Shown: piece after piece, positions 11,472 to 23,364 of the stretch | Layout: each line of letters opens with the position of its first letter | Numbering within the stretch: the first letter of the stretch is position 1 | Assembly (NCBI RefSeq): GCF_004010195.1 | Contig: NC_057743.1 | Span: 21,104,141 to 21,168,140, forward strand | Direction: 5' to 3' | Length of the DNA: 64,000 nucleotides | Source: Chiloscyllium plagiosum | Lineage: Eukaryota | Position numbers and translations under genes: made by a program | Notes under the pieces: generated by a model | The model's database searches: none | Seen by the model: only the letters and a program-made list of their open reading frames with translations | Told to the model about the DNA's origin: nothing

Positions 11472-12688
11472 AGGCACACTTTGTTTTTAGGTCACTGGTT
11501 CCAAGGTGTCTGTGTTTGTATTTTTATTGTAGTGGCGCACCTACTCTGCAGTTCTGTAAATTTCAAAGGGTAAGAAAATACAATGCCAAGGATGAGTCAG
11601 GTCTCTTGCGCCTTCTGGTGTTTTCAGTCTGCTTTAGTTGAGTAATGCATTTAATCAAAGTGTTACACTAAGCACAGCTTGGCGCAGGTGAAATAACTCC
11701 TGTTACAGGGTTGCACATAAACTTGTGTAGTTAATGCAGGGTCCCATTGATTTCGTCGCTCCATGTCCCAACAAACTTTCTTCACTCAGCTTTAGGTTCT
11801 CTGTATTTAGGTACTTCAGATCCTGTAATAACCTTTAATTTTCATTTGAAAGAAATAGAAACTTTGGTACTGTGCATCTCATTCTTCACTGAAGAGTAGC
11901 AGAAACATAAGAGCCAATTTATAGCTGAATGATCTCTCTCTGTATATTAATATGCTTGGAACTTTTTCTAATGGGGAGCAGACAATCATGACTCAGCTGT
12001 TGACTAGAACAATCTCAAACAAGTATAAACAAAAGTTATTACTGCACTGAATTATGAAATTAGTCCAGTGGGATTAATGTCTTCAGTTCTGATTTGAGTA
12101 TACATCTTCGTTCTGAATTCCAGTAATCTTGATTGCCAAAATGTGATACATGGAATGTGGTCTGATCCATGTTGAATGAATTCACGCTAGTATGACATCA
12201 TGGAGAAAGCCAAGTATGTAATCTGCAGTAATATGTGCCAAATTTACAGTCCATTGGATAATTTAACTGAAGATTACTGTGCACAGGGTGAAAGACTAGT
12301 GACATTCACTGTAGTTGAAAGGTGAACATGAGTAAAATTATTTGAAAAAAATTGCAGCATTAAACTAAATTGTGAGCACATTAATTGATACTGCAATTTG
12401 TCTGTGACATTTTTTTTAAACATTTGTGCACAGGCTGAAGCAAATACACTATATTGAAAATAATTAAATCGGTGATAATAATCACTGGCTCATCTTCAAA
12501 CTAATTGCTGAAAAGTAATTTAACACTTTAAAAAAAAAAGGATAGTTTTTCGTGCTCCTGTAGTTTTCCTCTTGTTATCAGCTGTTTGGCTTATTTTAAG
12601 TTGTGTAACTAGATGCGCACCAAATTAATCTTTTGCGTAAGTAGTTGTCCTTATTTTTCCTAATCGAGATATTCTGCATTCATTTTGC

Positions 12689-12768
12689 ATTTAACTACTG
12701 TCATAACCTGTTTGGAGACTGGAGAATAATTTCTCCAGTCTCCAAACAGGTTATGACAGTAGTTAAAT
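12689..12768. repeat. Perfect inverted repeat, 38-bp arms, 4-nt spacer
   Basis: ATTTAACTACTGTCATAACCTGTTTGGAGACTGGAGAA (12689-12726), TAAT, TTCTCCAGTCTCCAAACAGGTTATGACAGTAGTTAAAT (12731-12768). Confidence 0.97.
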
Positions 12769-12984
12769 TATTCTCTAGTAATGAAAAGTAGGTTCAAAAT
12801 CTGCTTTATCAACTGGCAGCTCAGTTTCTAAGAATTGACATGACTGCTGTGAAAATTCAATTAGTACACTAATTTAGCCTTTCAGGTAACATCCTAGGAA
12901 CTAAAAGAGAATGATTGATTAAAGTTAAGCTTAATTAAATTGTGGCTAACTGATGCTTGTTAGCAACTGTATTCAGTATAGACT

Positions 12985-15400
12985 TAGAAATTTGCCACAA
13001 AAAGAGGTCATTTGGTTTATTCTGTGGTCAACCCTATTAATCCCATTTTCTAACTTCCAAACAAGTGACTATCTAAATGCTGCTTGAATGTTGAGTTTCT
13101 GCCTCAATGACCCTTACAGGCAGAATTGCAGACTCCCAGCAACCTTAGTGGGAGCAGAAAATTCTCAACTGTCCTGAGGATCTTTTAAATCTTTGCCCCT
13201 TGATTATTGATAGAGTGAAATAGGAAGGCACTTTTTCTATCTTTTACCCTCATGACCTTCTATACATGTAACAGGTGCCCTCTTGGCTTTTGCTGTTTCA
13301 AGGAAAATAACCTCAACCTATCCAGTCTTCGCTCAAAGCTCAGACCTTTCAGCTGGGGCAAGGTATGATATTTTTCCTCTGCACCATCTCCAGAGCATCC
13401 ACAACTCTGCTATAATGTCACCAGAAATGAAAACATTACTCCATTTGTGGTCTCACCAGAGCTTTATACAGCTTCAGCATAACTTTCTTGCTCTTGTATT
13501 TTGTGCTGTGCTCATAAAGGCTGCCTTACCTACCTGGTATGTCACCTTTTCAAGATCTTTGGGTATACAAATCAAGATCCATCTAATCCTCAGTATTTTC
13601 CGGGGTCCTACCATTTATAGAGTAACCCTCCCAAGTGCATCACCGCATTTTTCTGGGTTGGATTCCACTTGTGACTACTAGGTCTGGTTGACCCAAACAC
13701 TGTTGATAGCCTGCAGGTTACAGCTATCCTACTTGCTATTTGCTGCCCTACAATTTTTATGCCACCATGAACATCTTGATAATATTCCCTACATTTAAGT
13801 CCAATCATTAATGTATGCAACAAACAGCAATGACCACAGCACCAAACTGTGACATCCCACTGGAAAGAGACAGCACTCCACTACTATATTGACTTCCAGC
13901 CTCAAAACCCTTTCGAAGATCCACACAGACCACATCAAATACATCAGTCACATTGACTCTTAGTGCTTTAAAATAAAACAATTTGTTAAATATGACCTTT
14001 GTTTGACAAATTCATGCTGACTATTCCTAATTAATCAGTGTCTCTCCAAGTACAGATGTATTCTGTCCCTAAGAATTCTATCTAATAACTTCCCCACCAC
14101 TGAGGTTGGACTGACTGGTCTGTAATTTCTTGGTCTAATCCTAATTCCTTTGTTAATAATAGAGCAATGTTAACAGAAGCCTTGTATCTGACCTGTAGCC
14201 AGAAGGGATTTGAAAATAATTCCGTGTCTGCGTGGGTTTCCTCCGGATGCTCCGGTTTCCTCCCACAGTCCAAAATTGTGCAGGTTAGGTGAATTGACCA
14301 TGCTAAACTGCCCGTAGTGTAGGTGAAAGGGTAAATGTAGGGGAATGGGTCTGGGTGGATTGCACTTCAGTGGGTAGGTGTGGACTTGTTGGGCCAAAGG
14401 GCCTGTTTCCACACTAATCTAATCTTAAAAAAAAAAAAATTACCATGGCCCCTGATATCTCCTCCCTCAATAGCCTAGGCTCCATCTCTCCAAACTTGTG
14501 GACTTATCCTCTCGATGCTTCGAAACCCACTATGCCTCCCCTTTCAAAGTCCTCCACCCTGATGTGTATCTCTATTTTCCTCTTCCACTGTATATTCCAC
14601 TTAGTCTTGCTAAACTTGTTTCCTTCTTACCTAGCCCATGTTTCCTCTGCTTTCCAAACTCAGTTGCTCTCGTTTTAACTTCTAAGTCCATCTCTGCTTC
14701 TTTCCCCTTTGAACTAAAACCATTCCAACAGTATTTCCTGCAAGGCTGTTAGTCCTATTCTGGTCCAACTTGTACAGATCCACAGAAGCCATCCTTCCAG
14801 TACCATCTATAGAGCCATGGATTCATCTGCATCCTTCTATACTTTTACTACTGTATGGCATCAAGAGTAAACTGGCGATTGGTGTTTAGAGTTCTGCACT
14901 TCAATTTCTGACCTAATTCCCTGAAGCCTGCTTGTATTACCTAATTTCTCTCTCCTTTCCTTGTTAATATCAATAACATGGACCTTGACTTCTAACTGTT
15001 TATCTATTTCAGCTGTTTTGTGATATCCTGGCACCTAGGAGGCAACGTACTGGAGTCATTTTTTCATGGCTGCAGAAGCACCTGTCTATTCCTCTCTCGT
15101 ACTGCTGTTGCTCTTCTAAACTTTCTACTCATGCTGATAAAAAGTGTGGAAGCAAGGTGCATTTGGAGGATTCCCTCTCCAATGCCTGATCCCCTTCTGT
15201 CTAGTAGTCACCTATTTCCTCAGTCTCTTCTTGCTTAAACAACTGGGTGTTCATGTTCTGAGGTATGCAATCTGTGAACTTCTCTCGAGTTCATAGTGCC
15301 TCAGCTGCTGATCGAGCTCCAAACCCAGAGCTTGGTTACTCCAGCTGGAGGCCAAAGCCATTGAGGATTTCCCACATGTTGTAGGTCTGAGCTCTCCAGA
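12985..15400 (-). mobile_element. Old, internally deleted CR1 LINE with ORF2 RT remnants and ORF1 esterase remnant
   Basis: CR1-like tail near 12985, RT C-terminal remnants at 13400-14180, and RGIDRCFC..LP ORF1-like sequence near 15030-15100. Heavily decayed. Confidence 0.6.
14222..14425 (+). mobile_element. HE1-type SINE, 5'-truncated, nested in old CR1
   Basis: ccgtgtctgcgtgggtttcctcc..ggacttgttgggccaaagggcctgtttccacactaatctaatct. Confidence 0.9.
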
Positions 15401-16384
15401 CATTCTTTAGTTAAGTCGAATGTGGTCCTTTGATTTTATTTACCCTTACATAAATATATTTGAATTTCTGTTGTGGAATTTGCATATTTTTAAATAGTGC
15501 TGGCAGTGACTGAAACTACTCACAAGAATAACTTACAATGTGCATTCTCTGCGCCATTTAAGCTGTAGATCATTGCTAATACATCTCTGCTTTAACTACT
15601 GTAGAATCAGGAGTATTTACCTTTATAATTTTGTACCTTTTAGTTTTCACTAAAGGATAGAATTAACTAATACATTCAATTGGGTATTTAAAATTTCGGT
15701 ATTTAGTTTTTAACTCCTCACTTGGAGTTGTTTGGCTTGCCAGTCTTCTAGATTTTCCTTTAATTTGTTTTAGATGGTTTGTTTTGATGCAAATGTAAGA
15801 GTCAAAATCTGAACATGGTTTGCCTATGTTTGTACAGTAACCGCAGATTGCATTGTTATGGAAGAGGGCAATTGCTCCATCTAGTAAAGACAGTCAAATT
15901 TTCTTTTTCTTTAGCTATGGAAATAGTAATTTGTTGAGAACACAGCACACTGTTATTGCAGCATGAGCAGTGGGCTATTGACCAAATTGAAGGCTGCAAA
16001 GCTCTGGAGATTCTCAAGTCCTGACAGTCTGACCCAATTCCATTCTCTTGGTATTGGGTTCATTATTTGTTTGTCCCAGAGGCTTGCAACTGGTTATTCT
16101 TGTTGCAGTTGCTGGAGGATTAAGCTTAAATTGGGCTTAAAGTTTAAAAGCTGTCAATATCAATAGTTGGACCTTAAATTTTGTGCACGTAGCCCAGGAA
16201 GATGCAAAACTTGGACACTTGTTTCTGCCAAACCCAAAAAAAGTAGTAAAATTGAAGAATTTCTGGACTGAGTTCAAATTACATTCAGTTATTGCTGTGA
16301 AGGTTCATGGTTTTACAAGTCTTGGTGATCTTGATGCCACTTTGGTAGGTATAGTATACCATGTATTCCCTGAATACAGTCTAC

Positions 16385-17700
16385 ATGCAGGACCATTCGG
16401 CCTGTTGAGTATGCATATGATCATGGATGATCCTCCCCCTCCATGTTATGTACTGTTTTCTTCCATGCGTTTGATAAATCTTTAGATAAAAACATCAATA
16501 TCTTTCATGCATGTACTCACTGACTTCTGTGGTAGCGAATTCCACCCTCTGAGGGAAGAAATGTTTCCTCCTCCTGGTCTGAAATGACTAGACGAGACAC
16601 CCCCCCCCCCCCCCCCCCAAAAAAAAAACAGGTGAAGCAGCCTCCCTGCATTTATTCTTTCTAGCCCTGTTTAGAATTTTATACATTTTCAGTCAGGTTC
16701 CTTCTTATTCTTAAACTCTGAATACTGGCTAAGTCAAGCCAATCTGTCCTCCTATGACCGTCCTGCATCCCTAGCCTAGTGAAACTTCACTGCACACTCT
16801 ATGGCATGGGCAGTTGTGGCACAGTGGGTGGCACATTTGAGCCAGAAGGGCTGCGTTCAGGTAGCACCTGCTCCACAGGTATGTAATAAAATTTCTGAAC
16901 AGCTTCTTTTAAGAATATCTACTCTTGCGTGGGGGGGCCAAAACTGCATAAGCATCTCCATCAGTTTTACAAAGGCCTTGTATAATTGCAGTAAGACATC
17001 CCTACTTCCGAAAACCCTTCCTCTTGCAAGGAAGGCCAACATATCCTTTGTCTTCTGAATTTTTGCAGCTGTTGACTTCCATTGACTGGTGTGCAAGGAC
17101 AACCAGATCCCTTTCTGCATCAACAGTGCACAATATATCACTATTTAAATAATGCTGCTTTTCACAGTCAAGTGTCTAACTCCGCAATTAGCTGTGTTGT
17201 GCTGCATCTGGCGTGTTTGCCCAAAGGCACTCAACTTGTTAAGATTGCCTTGTAGCAGCATGTCTTTCTCAACTGTACCTTGTTTTGTCAACAGCAAACA
17301 TAGAAATATGAGTTGGTTCAGTCATTCACGTCAATTATGTAGATTGAATAGTTGTGATCTGAAAACTGATCCCTGCAATCCGTCATTAGTCACTGCATGC
17401 CACACAGAAAATAATCCAGTTATTTCCATTCTGTTTCCAGTCTCTCTCCTGATTCTCAATCCGTCATTACCTGCAATCCTGTTTAATTTTACTCTGTAGG
17501 CTCTTCTGTGGGACCTTATCAAAAGCCTTCCTGAAATCCAAGCACCCACATCCATTGGTTCTCCCTCAATTCCTTCTTCTAGTTACTTTTTTTAAAAGGA
17601 AGCTTAGTTTGGCATGATTTCCCTTATGTAAACTCATGTAAATAGCCTTGTTCTGTTACTATGTCTCTTATAATCGACTTCAACAACTTTTCCATTTTTG
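16385..17700 (-). mobile_element. Old CR1 LINE RT fragment
   Basis: MLAFLARG..SRDVLLQLYKAFVK..QFWPP (16857-17141) and VTNDGLQGSVFRSQLF (17331-17555). Confidence 0.75.
16600..16628. repeat. C19-A10 homopolymer junction
   Basis: 19 consecutive C (16600-16618) followed by 10 A. Confidence 0.9.
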
Positions 17701-18834
17701 ATGTTAGAGTATGTAAGTTTCATTTTAGTCACTCCTAAAGCCATAAATATTGCTAATTTGAGACCACAGTCAAAATATGAAGAAAAAATGATAATTAGCT
17801 TTTATAAAAATGAGAAATTAGTAATATAGAAAGCAGAGTATTTCTTTCTGGAATAGAAGGGTGACTTGGAGCAGAATGCACAAGTGTGTAGCTGATGTAA
17901 CAACTGAAGAGTTAACAGTTTAATACCTTGTTCGTGTGGATTAATTTTATTCCTATGAAGTTGAGTCCACTGCAATTTTTTCATCCAATTTATGTACTTC
18001 GTACTCCCAAATGCACAATTCCCATCTTTGTGTTGTGCAGTTTTTAAATGTTTATTATATTGTTTTGGCTTTTCTGAGTACCCAACATCACCTACTGCAC
18101 TAAATATTAGGAGTGCAGTATACAGGAAATAGTGCTGCATCCTTGCACTCCTTAGATTATTCTTGTTCCAGATCTATTTTTGAAATTGAATACTGGTAGC
18201 CTCCCTAGCCTCTGCTGTATCCAGGACAGTTGGTGTGAAAGCATTCAGTCTGTGAAAAGTGCTGATTTGGAAATTGGGTCACTACATGCACAGTTGCAGT
18301 AAGTTGGAACGGTACCTTTACTAGAGGAGCAGGTGGATCCCAGCACTTTTAATTGTGCGTACTGTAGTTGAGGCAGATTCTTAACTTGGAACCTAGAACA
18401 TTACAGCGCAGAACATTACAGGCCCTTCTGCCAGTTGAATTGGAATAATACTCTGAAGTGCAAGAATGGATACTTTGGACAAAGTATCAAGCTTCTGATT
18501 TAATTCCTGGGTTCTGTCAGGATATCTTTTGCTTGAGGAATACTGTAGCAACGCAGATTACTACTGAATTTCAGAATAAAGTTTGTAGCCTCTGTTGTGA
18601 GCCCCAGATTAAATGATGGCTTGGAACTTCCTTTCACTTCATCCATATATAGGTATTCTCTTTATAGTTTAGTTGTAATTGAAAGTTGAAAATTCTCTGG
18701 GTAACTGTGAAGTGCAGTCAAAGTTAAATTGGGAGTTATAGAAGACAAGTTCATGTGTACTCGATCACTTCAACCATTTAAACACCTCTACGGGAGTACT
18801 GATTGTATACTTGGATGATGTAACTCAATTGTAT

Positions 18835-19012
18835 AAAGTTGCCATAGTCTCACCGGATATTAGGGATGTGCGCACTCATTGGTGGTGGTATAACCTGAGG
18901 GTCACCGTGCCTTATGAGGGGAGAGGCGGAGAAGGAGAGTTCTTCATGGTAACCTCAGCCACTGTGGGAATTGAACACATTCTTAGCGTCACTGTGCATT
19001 GAAAACCAGCTG
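18835..19012 (-). mobile_element. Second tRNA-derived SINE family
   Basis: Reverse-complement B-box-like gggaattgaaca at about 18966-18977 and a GC-richer body unlike HE1. Confidence 0.5.
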
Positions 19013-19037
19013 TATAACTCTCTGCTAAAAGATTATA

Positions 19038-19345
19038 TGAAACTGAAAGAACTGTAGATGCCGTAAATCAGAAACAAAACAGAAGTTGCTGGAAATGCTC
19101 AATGGATCTGGCAGCATCTGTGAAGAGAAATCAGTTAACATTTTGGGTCTGGTGACCCTTTCTCAGATCTGTTGAGCTTTTCTAGCAACTTCTGTTTTTG
19201 AAAAAGTTATAATCTTGCTCCAATATTTTTCTTTCCATATGAAGCATTGGATAGGCAAATTCCAAAGAGTTTTTACCCGAAATGTCAATTTTCCTCGTCC
19301 TCTGTTGCATGACCTGCTGTGCTTTTCCAGCACCACTCTAATCTT
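19038..19345. mobile_element. Two PLE terminus remnants (foldback 19038-19200; tail 19262-19345)
   Basis: caaaacagaagttgctggaaatgctcaa pairs with ttgagcttttctagcaacttctgtttttg. Degenerate hammerhead-like cores are present. Confidence 0.65.
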
Positions 19346-19399
19346 GTAAAAAATCAGGTTAGCCTGTGCACTATCGTGAGCATAATTTTACAGCATCTC

Positions 19400-20280
19400 T
19401 TGTCCTCCAACAGATGTGTTTATGCCCTAAGCCCACCTGTCCCCAGTTGCTTCATCAGTAAATCTTTCATTGGCATATGGTCAGATATAGGGATGTTTGC
19501 TGATTATGCAATATTCGGTACTTTTCATTTTTGAGACTTATCAGATGCTGAAAGCAGTCCTTGTTCAAATGCAGTAAGGCCTAGATAACATTTGCACCAC
19601 AGATGTTGGGCAGTGACTATGGTCTTCAACAAGAGAGAATCTTGCTACTTTCCCTTTATATTCAATGGCATCACCATTGCTGAATACCCACTGTCACTGC
19701 CCATGGATGGGGTTGGGATTGATTGAATGCATCCTGAGGCAGTGAGAGCAGGTCAGAGCCTGGGAGTTTTGCTGTGACTACCTCACCTGCCTCCCTAAAG
19801 CCTAACCACCACATCCATGTCATAAATACGTGTATTGGGTACTCTCCACTTGCATCTCCAACAGCACATGATGCTCAACACCATCCAGGGTAAAGCAGCC
19901 TGCTTGATCTGTATTCTATTCATGACCGTAAGCATTCACTCCCTCCACCACCACTTTGAGGCAGCAGTGTGTACCATTTGCAGTTTGCACTGCATGAACT
20001 CCCCTTCATTACGACTTATGAAACATGACATTGAGCATGTAGAAGGACAAGGTGAGCAGATGCGTGGGCAACACCCCTACAAATTTACTTCCAAGCCACA
20101 TGCCACCCTGGCTTGGGACCAAGTTACTGTTTCTTCACTGTTGCTCAATCAAAATACTGAAACTTCATTTACAGCATTGAATCAGTGCAAACGTTACGTT
20201 GTAGTGGTTTAAGAAGACAACTCGCTTCCCTTGGAGGTGGTTGGGGATGAGTAACAAATGCTGGCATTGCTCACACCCAG
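19400..20280 (+). mobile_element. Older CR1/L2-clade LINE (family C) RT 3' fragment
   Basis: gggatgtttgctgattat (MFAD.), LNTIQGKAACLI and SIHSLHH, with a 3' end aacaaatgctggc. Confidence 0.7.
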
Positions 20281-23200
20281 TAAAATTGTATTTGCATTAA
20301 GCCATAATCCAGTTTAGGAAGCAGATCAACATGGGAGATAATTCTCCTGGCTTAAGGCAATCAAAAGTCGACCAGGTGACCAAATTGACACTGATTTGTA
20401 TAAATTACTGTGTTCTGTCATCATCCACTAAGTCGGGTATGTAACATTGAGTATGTGTTGAGTCTGCACACTCCTCTCCCTCTATCTTTCTGTCTTTTCC
20501 TCTTTCGTGCACTTGTGCTTTCTCAAACTAGATACTGTTTGAGGCCTAACCAGTCATCTTTTAAGACAATGTAGCACTGTTTTTAGTTTAATTGGCCTGG
20601 TAGTGCATCCATACACCTTGAGAATAAAACACCTGAGCAATCTTAATCTTTCCCAACAAACTTCCCTCCTTTACTGTGTGGGATACAAGTAGGTGTGACA
20701 TGGACTTTGATGCCTTAATAGCATCCTCTGTTAATGTGCCCCATGTAGGCCACTTTGCCATTGAATCAAGACCTTTATACTGGCGCATATCTTTGTATCA
20801 TATTTTTAGGCTGGATCTTGCCCTACCACCATGCCTATCAACTCCATTTTATTCTGAGGAGATTTTCTATGACTCCAGTTAAGTTCTGCATGGAAAGTCA
20901 GGCTAATATGCCTTTTCTATAAAAGGCAAGTATATTGTTTTCAATGCAGTTTATTTTAACAAGGATTTACTCACTCAAAATACTGCATTAAAACGCTGCC
21001 ATAAAAGTGGTCCCTCCTTGACATTGCTGGAAATTTATCTCCAGGTAGTTCCATAATCATTAGAAGTGCAGTTGAGTCTTAGCCCAGTGTTGACTCTTTC
21101 TATTTATCTTTAAAATTGTAGCAAGTAGAACTGATTATAATCAAAAACTTTATATTAATCCAGTGTGACTGTCAAGCATACCTTCGTTTACCAACCTTAA
21201 GTTTCTTAAGATTCAGTTTGATTAGTAAGACACTGATTTTTGCAGAATTTGTGTCTTGAAGTAATGTACCATTCAGACAATCATCTAGAGCATTTGCCTA
21301 TAAGGAAGCTACTGACTTGCTCTGGTGCATTTCTGCAGGGATCAGCGTTCTTTATTTCCTTGCCAAGTAGCTATGCTTCATTTGTGAATACCAGTGGTAA
21401 GTATTAAGTCTATTTCACCTCATGTGAAGAGGAGAGAATTGGTAGGATGATGAGCTGCATTGTTCTCATTTGACAGTTACACAAGCCCCTTTCAACAGGA
21501 AAGCCATGAGACCTCTGCTGCTCCATCCCATGGATTCTAAGGTGTCATGGCTAACTTTACTGAAACTTCAATTGCTTTGCACAGAGCCAGAGCCTCCCTT
21601 ACTTGTCTGGCTCTGTTACCTTGAATCATGGCGAAGCTACTCTTTAGTTAATTTAAGCTTGCCTTGATTGAATTTTACTTATGATGAAACTCAAATCATT
21701 CATATGTCAGTGAAAACCATTCTTGAATTTTAAAAATGTAGAATTATCAGAATACTTTAATTTGTTTAGTTGAATTTATACAAACCTTTCACCTGTACCA
21801 CTTATTGCTTCTGAGGATTTATAATTTCTCGAGTAGATGGATTTAAGAATCTGCCATGAACCAGTTGGTTTTTCTCTAACCAATGAATGATGGCACATTG
21901 CACTGGACTTCCAAATGCCTGACTAAAGGTATATGAAATTGAGTCAAGCTTCTTTCTTACCTACATGTGTTGGTTGTTTAGCATAGGCAGCCCATTTGGC
22001 CTGATGAGTTCATCTGGCATTTATGCTTCACATCCTGTTCTGTTCATCTGAATGTGTCAGCATACTGTTTTTCCTTTTATATTCCACTCGAGTGTCTCCT
22101 GTTCTCATCAGTTATTCATTGTGGCGGCAAATTTTATCTTCCAACCTCTCCAGTAAAAGCTTTTTGGTTGAAAAACTTATGGCCATTTGCTTTTTTTTCT
22201 TCTACCCTTCATTTGGTGTTCTGTTCTTTGTGTAATTTTGCATGTACCGAAGGACACCAGTAGGTTAGTTAATATTTTCCCCTGTAAAATAGTTGAAGAG
22301 TTAGAGTTCTGGTGCTTGCTGTAAATACTTGCTGCACACTGAATTCTTATTTCTTTGATAAACTCTCACCAGAGCTTCCTCTGTGTCTGTTTGAAAATGT
22401 GGGGTTTAGACTATAGATTTGTTTTTTTAAAAAATTGGTTGGTTGAACTCAAGTTTGGGTCTTACCAGTCTTGAAAATTATCAGATGAAGAAATTTACTG
22501 TGAACTACTGTGGACTAAATGAGCATTCTCAAACCAGTAATGCACAGTATTCTTAATGGATCCAGTGCTGTTGTAGCTGGCTGTTTCTCAGTTTGCTATT
22601 TCTGTCTTTGTCTTTCTGCCCCACCTCTTCATTTTATTGCAACCCCCTTTTTAAAAGGACAACAAATTCTAAATTTATAGCTTTGTCCATTGATGTTATC
22701 CCTCATTTGTTTTTGCAACATTTTAGGAGTTGTGAAAAATGCCTGAAATTAACTAGCTGTGTATATTCAAAAATACAAATGAAGGATTTTTGGAATATTC
22801 ATTATTGTTACATTTGCAGCTTCATGTAGTTTCTGACCTCGCTTGGGAAAACTGTACTTGAATTTTCGTGGCTTTAGATTCTGCCAAGATATGTAGTGAT
22901 GGCCAGTGAATACTGTCTGTTATATAGCTACTCCCCAAATAGACTCTACAGATCCTAACTACTGCCATAATATTGTTCTGGAACCAGTAATGTCTCAAGC
23001 ACTCTTTTATTCTCTTGTGGGATATTGAGGTTGCTGGCTGGTCAGCATTCACCCATCCTTAGATACTCTTAAGGTGGTGGTGAGCAGCTGTCATGAATTG
23101 CTGCAGTCCATATGCCGTAGGTCGGTCCACAATGCCCTTAAGGAGCGATGTGTAGAGATATGCTGCTGCTCAACGAACACAGGGATACTGCAATCTATAA

Positions 23201-23364
23201 CTGGAATGTTAATGTTTGCCTCCTCCCTTTTGGCAGTGGGAACACCCTGAACAAAGGGATTTTATTTTTCCCAGAGTACAAATCATGAACCAATAGTTCA
23301 GTTCCAGAATGGGAGAGTACTGAAAATGATTGCCTCTAATATAATCTTGCCTCCAAACCTATTC

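Noticed and set aside
11420-11641. 73-aa ORF overlapping the SSU72 exon
   Set aside because: It is out of frame with the conserved SSU72 peptide and runs into the intron with no recognisable motif.
16600-16628. C19 tract as a functional G-quadruplex
   Set aside because: An expanded homopolymer inside a decayed CR1. The G-run is on the template strand, not in the pre-mRNA, and its length may be a sequencing artefact.
21415-21445. TGTGAAGAG as part of SSU72 exon 3 (TCEERVY)
   Set aside because: The flanking codons do not match SSU72.
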